This document shows positions 38,481 through 50,643 of a stretch of 64,000 nucleotides of DNA, piece by piece. Location of the stretch: contig OZ176055.1 in assembly GCA_964247055.1 (NCBI GenBank), forward strand, positions 8,184,001-8,248,000, read 5' to 3'. The first letter of the stretch is position 1. Each line of letters starts with the position of its first letter. The notes under the pieces were generated by a model. That model did no database searches. It was not told where the DNA came from and saw nothing but the letters and a program-made list of their open reading frames with translations. This DNA is from Paragordius varius. Its lineage: Eukaryota; Animalia; Nematomorpha. A program made the position numbers and the translations under genes.

Positions 38481-39266
38481 ATGCGAATTATTTTATTCAG
38501 TAGTACCCTATTTTTATCAACATTCATATTTTTATTATACAATATTTTGGGGGGAATTAATGCTAACTCGTATGTAACCTTGCCACAAAGTATGTATAAA
38601 ATTTAAATTTGGAAAAAATCATCTTTGATTAGAGAAATATATTTTAAAAAAATTTAAGTTCACTAACGGTTCTTTTATGATTTTTTCCTATATAAATAAT
38701 ATCAACCATGAATTTGTTCATTTATATTATATATATTTTTCTTAACTAATCTCCTGATGATGCCTATGGCGAAAATTTGAAAATTAATAAATTTATATTT
38801 TATTTTTATATTATTTTACGAAGATTTAAACATCATCTTTTATTTATTGTTTTGTTTTATTATTTTTGGAGCATACATTTTAAAAAGAATTCTTAAAATA
38901 ATTAGCCTTTTCTTTTTACGTTGTGATTATTTTTTATAAATTTAATTTATTAAAAGTTTTTTAATATTCTTATGTTACACAGAGTGTGCTCTAGTTTTAT
39001 GTCAACGACCAAATTGTTCAAATACTTTCCTACCTGCCCGTGAATGCTGTCCAGTATGTATTTGTTCAGGTATTAAAAATAAAACATTTTTTTATTTCAA
39101 ATCTTTAATTACAAAAAATAAACCATTATAGGTATCAATTTTATCTCAAATAACTATATAACTTGCTAATAACTTTTTAGATAGAATATGTCGTCGAAGA
39201 TGTGTAAATGGCAAGAAAACTAAGGACCTTTGTAAATGTCCATGTGAATATAAAAACAAAGGATAA
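38481..39266 (+). CDS. Small secreted Cys-rich protein, 93 aa (VWC-like half plus antistasin-like module); exons 38481-38589, 38983-39069, 39181-39266
   Basis: MRIILFSSTLFLSTFIFLLYNILGGINA signal region, then KCALVLCQRPNCSNTFLPARECCPVCICSDRICRRRCVNGKKTKDLCKCPCEYKNKG*. Two phase-1 GT-AG introns and 12 Cys. Confidence 0.8.
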
Positions 39267-39446
39267 AAATCCATTATATTTTTTAAAAATAAGCTCATTT
39301 TAACATCAATAGAGTTATATAAATATATATGTATATTTTATTTTTTTACACACATATATTAGCTACTTTATGTACATTTAATATATAATTTATCATTTTA
39401 TAAATATATAAACTCATGTCAATAAATATATAATAAAATCTGTATA

Positions 39447-42400
39447 TTATTGCTTAGTATGTGGCGGTGTATTGTGTAAAATATTTTTGATGTATTCACT
39501 TGCTATTTGAATTTTGGAAAGATCAACCCCCTGCGAAAAATGTAAGATAAAAAATAAATAATTTACATACAATAATACCAAAATATCATCAAAAAGTCGA
39601 TTTTTACAATATTTTTAAGTAAAATTTTACCAGTAAATATAACCAAAAATTCTGGCTTCAATGATTATTGGTATATATTAAGTAAATAGCAAATAAAACG
39701 GATTTTATCTTTATTTATTTAACTAAACAGAAAAGGTCTAAGATAACTCTGGATTTCTAAAAAAATAAAACATATTAAGTTGTATATAAAAAACCTTTAC
39801 CGTGTAATAACTATGGGTAGGTAGAAAATTTAACAAAGTTTTAATAAATCTTTATAATAATAATAAAAATTAGTGAACAAATAATAAAACGCATTTTTCT
39901 AAATCATTAAATATCGAGTAATCATATATATATATATATATATAAATGTCAAAGCAATAATTTATAGGAAAAAACTAATTACCGTGTAATAACCATGGGT
40001 ATGCAAAAAGTTTAACAAAGTTTCAGTCGATATGTTGCCTCTTGCAATACCATCAGCGTAGGGACAGCCTCCAATACCCCCCGTAGAAGAATCTACCGTT
40101 CGGATTCCCATCTATATAGAAAAGGAAAAATTTTTTACAAATAAAGGATATGTGCAACACAAACATATTTCGTATAGAACTTTCCAGCATTTGTTTGTGA
40201 AAATAATGAAAAAATATCATAATATCATAAAAAAGTTAGTCTTTTTTAGTTAAAAGATTATTTTAAAGGGGGCCTGAATCAATCGCCATACATTGTCTTA
40301 TATCATAATTATTTGGTTTTTGGTAGTTTTTCCAAATATTATATTGAACATGTGCGCGGATTACACGTAACTTTTTTTAACACAAAAACGTCCCTACAAT
40401 AGTCGATTCTTTTTACTATATAAAATGCTTAAAAATTTTTATGCTTAATTTCAAATATATCAAACAATTATATCACTAAAATCTAAAAGTGAATTCAATA
40501 TAATATAATAAATATAGCAAACAAAATTCCTACTTTTTTTTCACTACAATAAATATAAAAAGGGCAAAACGTAAAATATCATTATTATATTTTTACCATA
40601 AACGATATATTTTATTCCTTTTTTATACATCTAAATTATTAATGTTATATAAATAAGTGCATAACCAATTCAAATCTCTATTCCCAATTGTGGAACCCAT
40701 TAAAATCAAGATCAAGACATGGTAGTCTTAGTACTTACAAATATTAATGTTTAAATTTTTGGGTTTTATATTAATTTTTATTAGTACTGTCCTTATTTCC
40801 TTTTTACCTAAAACAATAAGTTATATTAAAAATTAAGGTCAAAACAATATATAGTCTTAATAAAAAAAAATTTGAATGTTTAATTTAGTCTATTTTTGAA
40901 ATAATAATTAAATATTTGTAGTACCTCTAAAGCCGTTTTTACATTGTTAAGGGCACTTTGTCCATCGATAGAATCGTGACAATGAATTGCAATTTTATCC
41001 AAATCAATATTATACAATGACCTTTGACATTCCTCAATTAAACGTTTCCAATCATTAGGTTTTCCTATTGATTATGTATTAAGTAAATATTATATAATAT
41101 TGTGGGGTAAATTTTAATTATTATTTGGCATTTATCATTCGATCTAACTTTTATTGAACAGCTAATGTGAAATTGATGTGAAACAATAAACCCTTTTATT
41201 TATATACTCTAATTGCGCGATAAAATTGTTATAACATAATGTGAGTTCAATACAAAAGATATAAAGGTTAATGCATCATATATCCGATTGCTAAAAACTT
41301 GGGAATAATGAATATCGCAACGATATATGCGGTTTAAATACTATCAAAAAATTATAATAATTTTTCTCTTATTAGCCACAATTGAAAAATCGCATGTCCA
41401 ATAAAATTAATTACAATAAATGAAAATGCACTATTTTAAGTTGATGGTATTTCACCCAAGTTTGTTGGGATCTATATTGAACTGTTTGATTTATTCCACC
41501 TAAGCAATTTATGACATCGCCCTAGTTAAAATTATTAACCACTTCGATTTTGGAGTCTGACATATAAAAAGGTAATTTAGGGAAGTAGGTGAGTGATTTA
41601 TAGTTTTATTTTGCACGATTCACATAAAAAAAATTTATCATTGTTGATTAATGTCCCTTTATAAGCGAACACCTTACCCATTTATTGCAAGATGTACATA
41701 GGATTGTATTGAGTACATCTAAATTACATACTCCACATGGAAACTTCAAACTTAAATTATTTCTGAAATATAAACACAGTATATAGAGTTAAAAGCGAAA
41801 TAGAAATTACGCTTTTTCTTAAAAATATTGAATACAGTTTCACCCGTTATCATCACCTTTGTTTTGCTTATATTTATATTCATTCCACCCTTTTCTAAGT
41901 GTGATTTCCATGTGTTGCACTTTTGATTTAATGCTTCCATTGATGTTGCGGTGAGGACAATGTCGTCCGCATAGATAAGTTCCCATGGTGGGCCTTGTTT
42001 TATATCTTTTGTTAGGTAATCCATTATTAAAATGAAGAGTAGAGGGCTTAGGATGGAGCCTTGATGAAGACCGGATTCGTTTGGAACAAAAGCTGTGTTG
42101 CCTAGTGTTAATCTGACGCAGTTTGTTGTTTTGTAGTACATTTCTATAGATTTGATTATCCAAACATATATGTTGTTGTATCGTAGTGTGGATGTAATTA
42201 AATTCCTGGAGATACAATCAAAAGCCCTTTATAAGTCTATAAAAACATGATAAAGTTTTTTACTTTTGGCTATATAGTTTTCTTGTAATCATCTCAAAAT
42301 GAAGATTGCATCAATTCTGCTACTGTTTGTTTTATAGGCATATTGCAATTCCTGTATGCTAATGATTGATCGCAATTTTAATTCAATAATGGATTCAAAA

Positions 42401-45400
42401 TGTTTTAACGGGTGTTCCAACAGCTTTAGTGGTTTGTAGGAGGAACAAACGGGTATGTCTCCTTTGTTTTTAAAAATGGGTATGATGGTACTTTTGACCA
42501 ATCTTTAGGGATGCGATTCGTTGACAAGATTAGAGTAAATATATTAGTTAAATGTAGAATGTCGGTTAATTATGTGGGAGCTGAGTTCAAATAGACCAGC
42601 TGCTTTGTTTTTGACCAAGGCATCTCTTATATCTATTACTATCAATGGTCGGGGACCAATTGCTGATGGTTGGTTTATTGTAGTTTTTGGTAATATGTGG
42701 TCCAGACATTGCTTATGTCTCTCTAATCCGTTGCTAAATGTTTGTGTCAATTTTTAAAATAGACAATTTGGTTATTGTCTTTTTTATTATAACTGAGTTT
42801 ATTGTTCGAAAAATCTTAAGATTTTTCAAGTCTTGTCCTAGTTTTTAAGCTAAATCCAAAGCCCTTTCGTTGGCTAAAATATTGATGGCCTGTTGTATTT
42901 TATTTGATTTGATATCAAGCAAAAATAAAACTATAAATCACTCACCCACTTAAATAAATTACCTTTGTAGGGCAGACGCCAAAATGAATTGGTAAATAAT
43001 TATAAATACTTGGGCGATGTCATACATTGCCCAAGTGGAATAAACCAGTCAGTTTAATATAGATCCCAACAGGCTTGGGTAAAATATCATCAACTTAAAA
43101 TGGTGCTCATAAATAAACACATATCAAGAAAAAACAAAGGTTTAATCTACAAAGCCGGCATACGTCCCATACTCCTGTATGGAAGCGAGACGTGGCCAAT
43201 GACAGATTCAATCGAGAAAAAACTAATGAACATAGAAGAGCGGATGTTAAATTTGTTCGACCCCAATAATTCATCAACTGTACCAAATCGAACCTTTAAA
43301 TATTATGATCAGAAAAAATAGGCTTAGATATTTACATAAAACGTGCTTCAGAACAATGGACAAATAAAATTTTATCCCTACATCCCGAGGGTAACAATCG
43401 CAGGGGTAGACCAACATTTAACTGGGAAAAAACAATAAATAATGATTTAAGTGTTGCCAACATTGATGATAACGCCTGGCAGGATCGCAAATATTACAGG
43501 CAGCTTCTATACGGATACAATGGCTAGCTTTAAACAAAGACGATACATAGATGAAAATGAGTAAATTAAATTTTATTTGTTATATATAGCATAAGGATAA
43601 TACTATAAAAATATTATAAATAAAGATTCAACACTATTTGGATGGTCCTAGAAAGATTTACAAGAATATACGCTAAAAAATCGCTCTTTGGCATCAAATT
43701 TGAATCATAAAAATTATTTAACATGCGGTAAAATATTTATATTTTTTGAAACAATCATATTTCTCTATAGAAAGTTTACCCAATTATCGCTTTCAAACAA
43801 ACCTTAGGCTATATATACAAAGCGGACGTATATTTTTTATAAAACATTCAGTTATTATGAATAGCCTTTCCATACAATTCCATGAAAAAAAAGAACTATC
43901 AACACAGTTTTTTAATTTGGAAAATCTTTAGGTCCTAAAGCCACTATTAAAAGTTAAAATGGTTGCAAAAATATATAAACAAGATTTTCGGATAAAGAAA
44001 TTCCTTAAATCAAAATTTTGGGATGAAATATCTTTATATATATATATATATGTTTTTTAAAAATATACGCAGCTTCCGATTTGGTCTAAATTATCGAAAA
44101 ATTTTCTTTTTTATATAAGGCTTAAATTTTTTGTTAAAGGCGATAATTTAATTAACTCTCTTTATAGAATTAATATATGCTTGGTTTAATAAAAATTAAT
44201 ATTTACCGCATATTTACAGGTTTTTATGATTCCAGTTTGATGCCAAAGGGCGATTATTTAGCTTATATTATTGTAAATTTTTTCTGAGATCCTCCAAATA
44301 AGTGTAAATCTTTACTGATAATATTTTGCGTAAGGAATTAACCTTATGCTATATTTGATCAAATAACCCTTAGTAGATGCGTTTTCATCTATTGTAATTA
44401 ATTTTATTTGACCTAATAAGCAATAAAAATGCGATTTTTTTATTTTGACTAATAACAGAAATATTAAAATAACTTTTTTTGTATTTTGACCGCATATATC
44501 GTTTCGATATTCATTATACTGAAGCTTTTAGCTATCGAATGATATATGATTTATTAACCCCTATTTTTTGTTCTCCGTTTTTTTCCGCACAGTGTTATAA
44601 GAGTTTATGCCTAAGTTGTAAAATCCCTTGATAAAAATCAAAATTAGTGAAAGGCTTTAAATCTCTGGAGATTTGGGATTAACATAAAAAAACAAAAATA
44701 AATGAATTTAGTTTTAAAATCTATGTAATCAAAAACGTAGGAAACATGGATTCTCTATTATATAGAACCATTTAAGTAATATAATAAATATGTGATTAAA
44801 TTAATTTAATAGGAAACAAAAGATTCTAATTATTTTCTATCTATAAATAATTTAGGCCATTAGAACAATATAATATACAATTTAATAAATTAAATAGATA
44901 AATTAAATTATTCTTATTTTTAAACCATAACTTTTTCCATTTATTTTTTAAAAAAATCGTATAATGTCAAAATTTTGAAAAAATTAAAATAATTTTTTAC
45001 CCATTCCAATCGTATCGCCCAACGAAACTTCATAACAACCCTTGTCAAAAAGTTTAGTAACTAAAGGTGCAACTTTGGAAGCATCAATTTTACCCTCATA
45101 AGGACATTCTATCACACATGATATATAACTAAAAAAAAATTATTTAAAAATCAATCAATAAATCTAACCCACGTATGTTTATATTGTTGGCTAAAGCGGC
45201 TTTCATAACGGGATCAAAACGTCTAAAACTTTCGTCGATTGAGCAATTAATGTTTTTTCTAAAAAATATTTACAAATGCAACTTGCTAAAAGATTCGCTT
45301 GCTGCTCCAAACACAGCAATTTCTTTCAAACCATACTTTAACTTTTACTATATAAAAAAGATGCGTCTTACAGCTTTATTAAATCCTGTTATATTAGGCA

Positions 45401-45736
45401 CAAGAGCTGAATAAGTTACACCAGGTCGCCTTTTTACTTGCTGGGCTACCTCCATTGAATCTGCCAATTGAGGTATCCACTCAGGGGAAACAAAACTGGT
45501 TATTTCAATATATTTCAATCCTGAATCGGCCAATAAATCAATAAATTTTAATTTTTCCCGAGTTGTTATAATTTTCTATATAATTAAAAAAATTAGAACT
45601 TTTTCATTTTGTAAACCATCGCGGGGAGCTACTTCATATATTTTAATATTTTTGTTGGTCGACACCTTTATTATATAATGGTGTAAACCTTTCGGAAAAA
45701 TACTATGGATAGTTTAAAATATTTTGAAAGCAACAT
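39447..45736 (-). CDS. HMGCL: Hydroxymethylglutaryl-CoA lyase, 315 aa, 9 exons (45736-45689, 45665-45600, 45575-45372, 45341-45283, 45258-45169, 45128-45001, 41064-40925, 40111-39983, 39530-39447)
   Basis: [28 protein letters not shown] and GGCPY motifs. Introns of 23, 24, 30, 24, 40, 3936, 813 and 452 nt, all GT-AG and in phase. Confidence 0.95.
41428..43550. mobile_element. Decayed RTE-type LINE with a PHD-like Cys cluster; 5' part inverted relative to the 3' part
   Basis: Minus arm (about 42900-41428): [41 protein letters not shown]. Plus arm (42918-43527): [15 protein letters not shown], 3' end. Candidate TSD ATGAAAATG at 41420-41428 and 43551-43559. Confidence 0.8.
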
Positions 45737-46411
45737 GTGTCATTTATCGATTTATGGCTTTTTCGTTTTCTCCTCATTTATCCTTATATATATAATAATT
45801 TATTGGAGGATGGTTTTATATTTTATTTAAGATAATATATTCTGTAACAATTTTACTTAATTTGTAGTGCAACAATATAATTGTTTTACAATACATAAAA
45901 AGAAATACTAATGTAGTTAAGTTATAATAATTAATGTGTCAGTTCCATATTGCTTTATTTGGGGTAAAGAGTCATAAATAGTGAACATACTAATAATATA
46001 TCTAAATGACTAAGAAAGTTTTCTTTTTATATAAGAGATTTTTTAAACAAATTTTAACTTAACCTCTTGTATTATTTTAAAGCGATTTTATACACCGAGG
46101 GATTCCCAAATTAGATATTCGTACCTGTATAAGTTGGCAAATATGGTTTCCATAGCCTTTTAGCATTTTAACACTTTGATGCAACTCATTGATTTCAGTC
46201 CTTTAAATTGGGCTACCCCTGGCATTTAAATCACATATTTTAAAATATTTTAAAATGGAATCATTGCAAAAGTTTTGTATAAAGAAAGATTTATTTAAAA
46301 CCCTTAATGTTACCCATTTATGTATCTGGAGGCAATAATTTATTTAATATGACATGTGTGCATTATGTTAATAAAAATATATTACAAAATAAACTGTTTT
46401 TACTGTTTATA

Positions 46412-46945
46412 ATAACGCTTGGATTCAACCTATTCATTTCAGTCCTTCGATTCAAATTGGGGTAGTTGGATACCCCAGGCCTGTTTAGCATTAAACTCTA
46501 AAAATATGGAAGGAATTAAAACCATGGCAAAATTTTGCAGTATATAACATAAACCGAAATATATAAAAATTTATATTCAAAAATACTTGATAATACTTGT
46601 TTAAAGCTAAAACCGAAAGGTAAAAAATTAGGCATCGTGACATGTGTGCAATGGTTTAATTGAAAAATACAAAATAAACCGCTTTTTCTATTATCAATGT
46701 TAGATGTAATTTAAAAGAAAAATGTTTAACCCTAAAAATTAAATGAAGACGATATTTTGTAATATAAAAATGGCGTCGAATATTTTAACATGAAACTTTT
46801 TTTAAAACAAAATTTATTTAGATATTTTGGTATATCTATATAATATTAGGATAAAAGCACAAATTTAAATCGTTCAGTAGATTGTTAAAGATCCCAACTT
46901 AAATTTAGTCTGGGGTATTCTACCCAATTTGAATTGAAGTGTTAA
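46412..46945. mobile_element. TTAA-type MITE, copy 4 (partial relatives at about 46168-46265 and 47250-47645)
   Basis: ttcgattcaaattggggtagttggataccccagg ... agtctggggtattctacccaatttgaattgaagtgTTAA. Confidence 0.75.
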
Positions 46946-47772
46946 TTAATACCTTTTCACTTTTTTGTCCTAGTTTACTTTTCGAAGCATTTGAAAGTTA
47001 TTTTGGTTTAAATAAGATTGTTGTCATGAGTTTGGAGTTTTATGACTTTGAAAATTGGGATCGCTCCAAAACATGATTGAACCAAATCAAAATATATCAT
47101 TTTTTGGTTATGTAGCCTAATTCACAAATTAATTAATTACGTTCACTAACCAAATTATAAATTTATTTGCCTGTTGCATTAACAATTGAAATATATTTTT
47201 AGAAAAAAAATGGCGGCAAAAAAATTTGAGATGAGGATTGTTTTATAATTTTATATTTTTTTAATAAAATATTGCATAATGCGCCTCGGCTAAAGAAAGC
47301 ATATTTTTAAATTCGGCTTAAAAGCTAAATTCAAATTTTGAATCGCTCTCGGATATAAAACAATCCCATAAGATAATGAAGTGCTAATGTTAGATGTCAT
47401 TTTATTAAAAATTAGCGTCAGAATAAAAAAGCGATATTTTGCGAAAATGTTGCCAAATAAAAAAACCATTAAATTAGTTTGGTCAGAAACTTTTATTTTC
47501 AAGCTATTATTTAGATATTTTGGCTATATATTATTTTTATTAGGATTTAAGCATAAATTGGAATCATATCTCTCAGTATTTTTATAAGATCAAATTAAAT
47601 ATGGTCTGGTGTCGTAACTTACCCCAATTTGAATCGAAGTGTAGAATACTGGTAAAACATTTTTTTATAAAGATTTTGCATCTAAAAAGTTTTGTTCCCA
47701 ATTCATATGAATTCCATGTTTGCGAGATATTAATTAAGTATAATAAGCTCATAACCTATGAACATATTAAAC

Positions 47773-50211
47773 CAGTGATACTCAAACCGCGGGCCGCATG
47801 CGGCCCTAAGTGTGCTTTAAAAATGCACTATGACTGATATTTAATTTTTTTTAAATAATATTTATTTTTTACCCAATTTGAAATGTAGAAAAATTTCCTA
47901 CATTAAAATGATTTTAAAATTTATGATTTATGGGCACACGTTGTTTCTTCTTCTCTTCTTTTTGAAATTTTTATTGCATTTCTTTTTTGTTTTCACCCAT
48001 TGCACATACATTTCATTGCTATCCTGCATCATTTTTAAACTCATTCTCATAAATATTTTCAACTCAATATCATTAAATTTCGACCTGTTTTTTATAGCAT
48101 AATTCAATTTATATTCCTATTTTTTTTACATAATATATAAACATAAATTCAAAGGATGACATCTAATGCCAAAAAACGTAAATTATCCGATGAAAATCGC
48201 TCCTTTAAAAAAGAATGGGAAACTAATTTTTTTGTCGTTTTAAATAACAATGTTGCTACCTGCCTTATATGCAAGGAAAATATAATTATAAAAAAATACA
48301 ATATTGAAAGACATTTTAAAATCCATCATTCTCATAAATTACCAGAAAATCTTGAGGAAAGAAATGAAAAATATATAAATTTTAAGGAATTATACGAGAA
48401 AGAAAAATCTATTATGGCCATAGCTTTTTCCCAGGAAAAAGCTGTAACATTAGCTTCGTATGAAATTTGCTATATTTTAGGAAAAAATATGAAACCGTTT
48501 ACTGATTCCCAACTAATTAAAGAATGTTTAATAAATGGTTGCACTTTTTTATTTGATAAATTCCATAATAAAGATCAAATCATGAGGCAAATTAAAAAAC
48601 TTCAACTTTCTGATTCAACTTGTGCTCGACGCATTGAAGATATGTCTAAATATATTTTTAACAATATATTATTGGCTCTGAAAAATTGCAAATACTTCAG
48701 TATTGCAATCGATTCTAGCACTGATATAAGTTCAACACCTCAATGTGCGCTCTTCGTGAGATTTTGCAACGACAACATAATCAACGAGGAATATTTGAAA
48801 TTTTTACCAATGAATAATACCACAAAAGGCAGTGATTTTCTTGAAGTAATTAGCACCTTTTTCGATAATAATGGTATATCTATGAAAAAATTGGTTTCGA
48901 TCTGCATAGATGGCTGTCCCTCTATGATTGGAATAAACAAAGGGTTTATTTCTCTTTTAAAAAACAAATATAATTTGCAAAATCTATTATCCTTTCACTG
49001 CTTCATTCATCAGCAAAACTTGGTTTCGCGTGTAAAAGATGAATCACTAAATTTAGTAATTAAAACGGTTGTGGATATAGTTAACTACATCCGTGGCAGA
49101 GAATTCAATCACATTAAATTCAAAAACCTTCTGAAAGATATCCACAGTGAGTTTGATGATATTCTTTTGTACACCGCTGTGAGATGGCTAAGCCTTAGCA
49201 AAGTATTGAATAGATTTTTTGATTTAAGACATGAAATTCTATTTTTATAAAAGATACAGAAAGTTTGACGAGGAAATTAGTAGTGACAAATGGTGGATTT
49301 TATTAGCCTACCTTTGCGACATTACTTATAAACTTAGTACTTTTTATACAAGTCTTCAAGGGAGCAAAATAATAACCCAATTTGCTAATCATATATTTGC
49401 TTTTGAAGAAAAATTAATAATATATAAACAAGATTTTATAGATAAAACACTCCTACATTTTCCAACACTTAAAACGATTCATAAAGAAAATATGGAATTT
49501 ACCGCGGATATTAATTAAATAATAGACAATCATTTAACATTTTATCTAATGAGATGAAATTCAGATTTCAAGAATTAAAAAATATAAAAAATTGCTTAAA
49601 GCTAGTGGAAAATCCATGGCATATGGATATATCCAACATTAAGCAACTTGAGCTTTTTGGTTTTGATCAGGCGGTTATCATTGAAGAATTCGTTGATTTT
49701 AAAAATGATTCCAATTTGGAAGCTATATTTAAGGAAAACCATAGAGAAGAAAGATATATAGAGTTTTGGCAGTTGTGCCAAATAAATATGAAAATATAAA
49801 AAAATGTGCTCAAGTTATCTTAACTATTTTTCCATCAACTTACACGTGTGAGACGGCATATTCAAAAATGAAGTACATTAAGAATACTTACAGAAATCGC
49901 TTAACTAATGATCATATGGACGACGTATTAAGAATGGCCTGCCATGAGGCGAAACCAAATTTGTCAAAAATTATTGGTTAATATTAAAATAAATGTTGTT
50001 ATCAATATATTTTAATTTTTAAAACTAAATGGTGCAAACGAATTTTTAGCTGGATTTACATGCGACCCGCAAAAAATTTATTGTGCTGATTTAGAGTATA
50101 AATATGTATGTGTCAAATAGCTATGGAATATTTGCCATTATAAGGTTCATGGCCCTCGAAAAAAAAATATGTTTTATTTGGCCCGTCAAATTTTTTTGGT
50201 GAGTACCACTG
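47773..50211 (+). mobile_element. hAT transposon (Buster/SPIN/Charlie-like), 2439 bp, transposase broken by three frameshifts
   Basis: TIRs CAGTGATACTCA / TGAGTACCACTG and a perfect 8-bp TSD TATTAAAC. Successive ORFs 48156-49981 carry C2H2 CLIC..H..H, SIAIDSSTD, CIDGCPSM, HCFIHQQ, VRWLS and FPSTYTCETAYS. Confidence 0.95.
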
Positions 50212-50643
50212 TATTAAACTATTTAATGGTTGAATGACGTTTGTCAAAAACTATGATTTTTCGATAATAGGCCACTGGGTATTCGTAAAAGCTCTATTGA
50301 ATAATAATGGGTTATTAAATGATTTTTTAGAATTATATCCATTAGAGCATCATTTTAACATTCATTTTATGCAAAATGCACATCGAATCAAATATCAATT
50401 CTGTAATAAAATATCCCAAAATTTCCATTATTTATCATCCATAATCGCTTTTTGTTATATTAAATCCTATTTTATAGAGTATTTTTAACAAAATGTCGTC
50501 TTGCTTATATAAGAATAAAGAATAAATAATTATATTTATTTTATATTTATATAAATATAAAATTTGACGAGATAAATAAATAGGCCAAAAATAAATAAAT
50601 TCTGTATAAAATTTGTAAAAAATATGCGGATATAAAGGTTATT

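Noticed and set aside
44588-44594. CACAGTG (Transib/RSS-like heptamer) ending a repeat-like tract
   Set aside because: No matching opposite terminus or TSD was identified.
49225-49800. Micro-introns rescuing the hAT transposase frameshifts
   Set aside because: At the first frameshift (about 49245) I found no suitably placed GT..AG pair, so simple indels are more parsimonious. The other two were not examined in the same detail.
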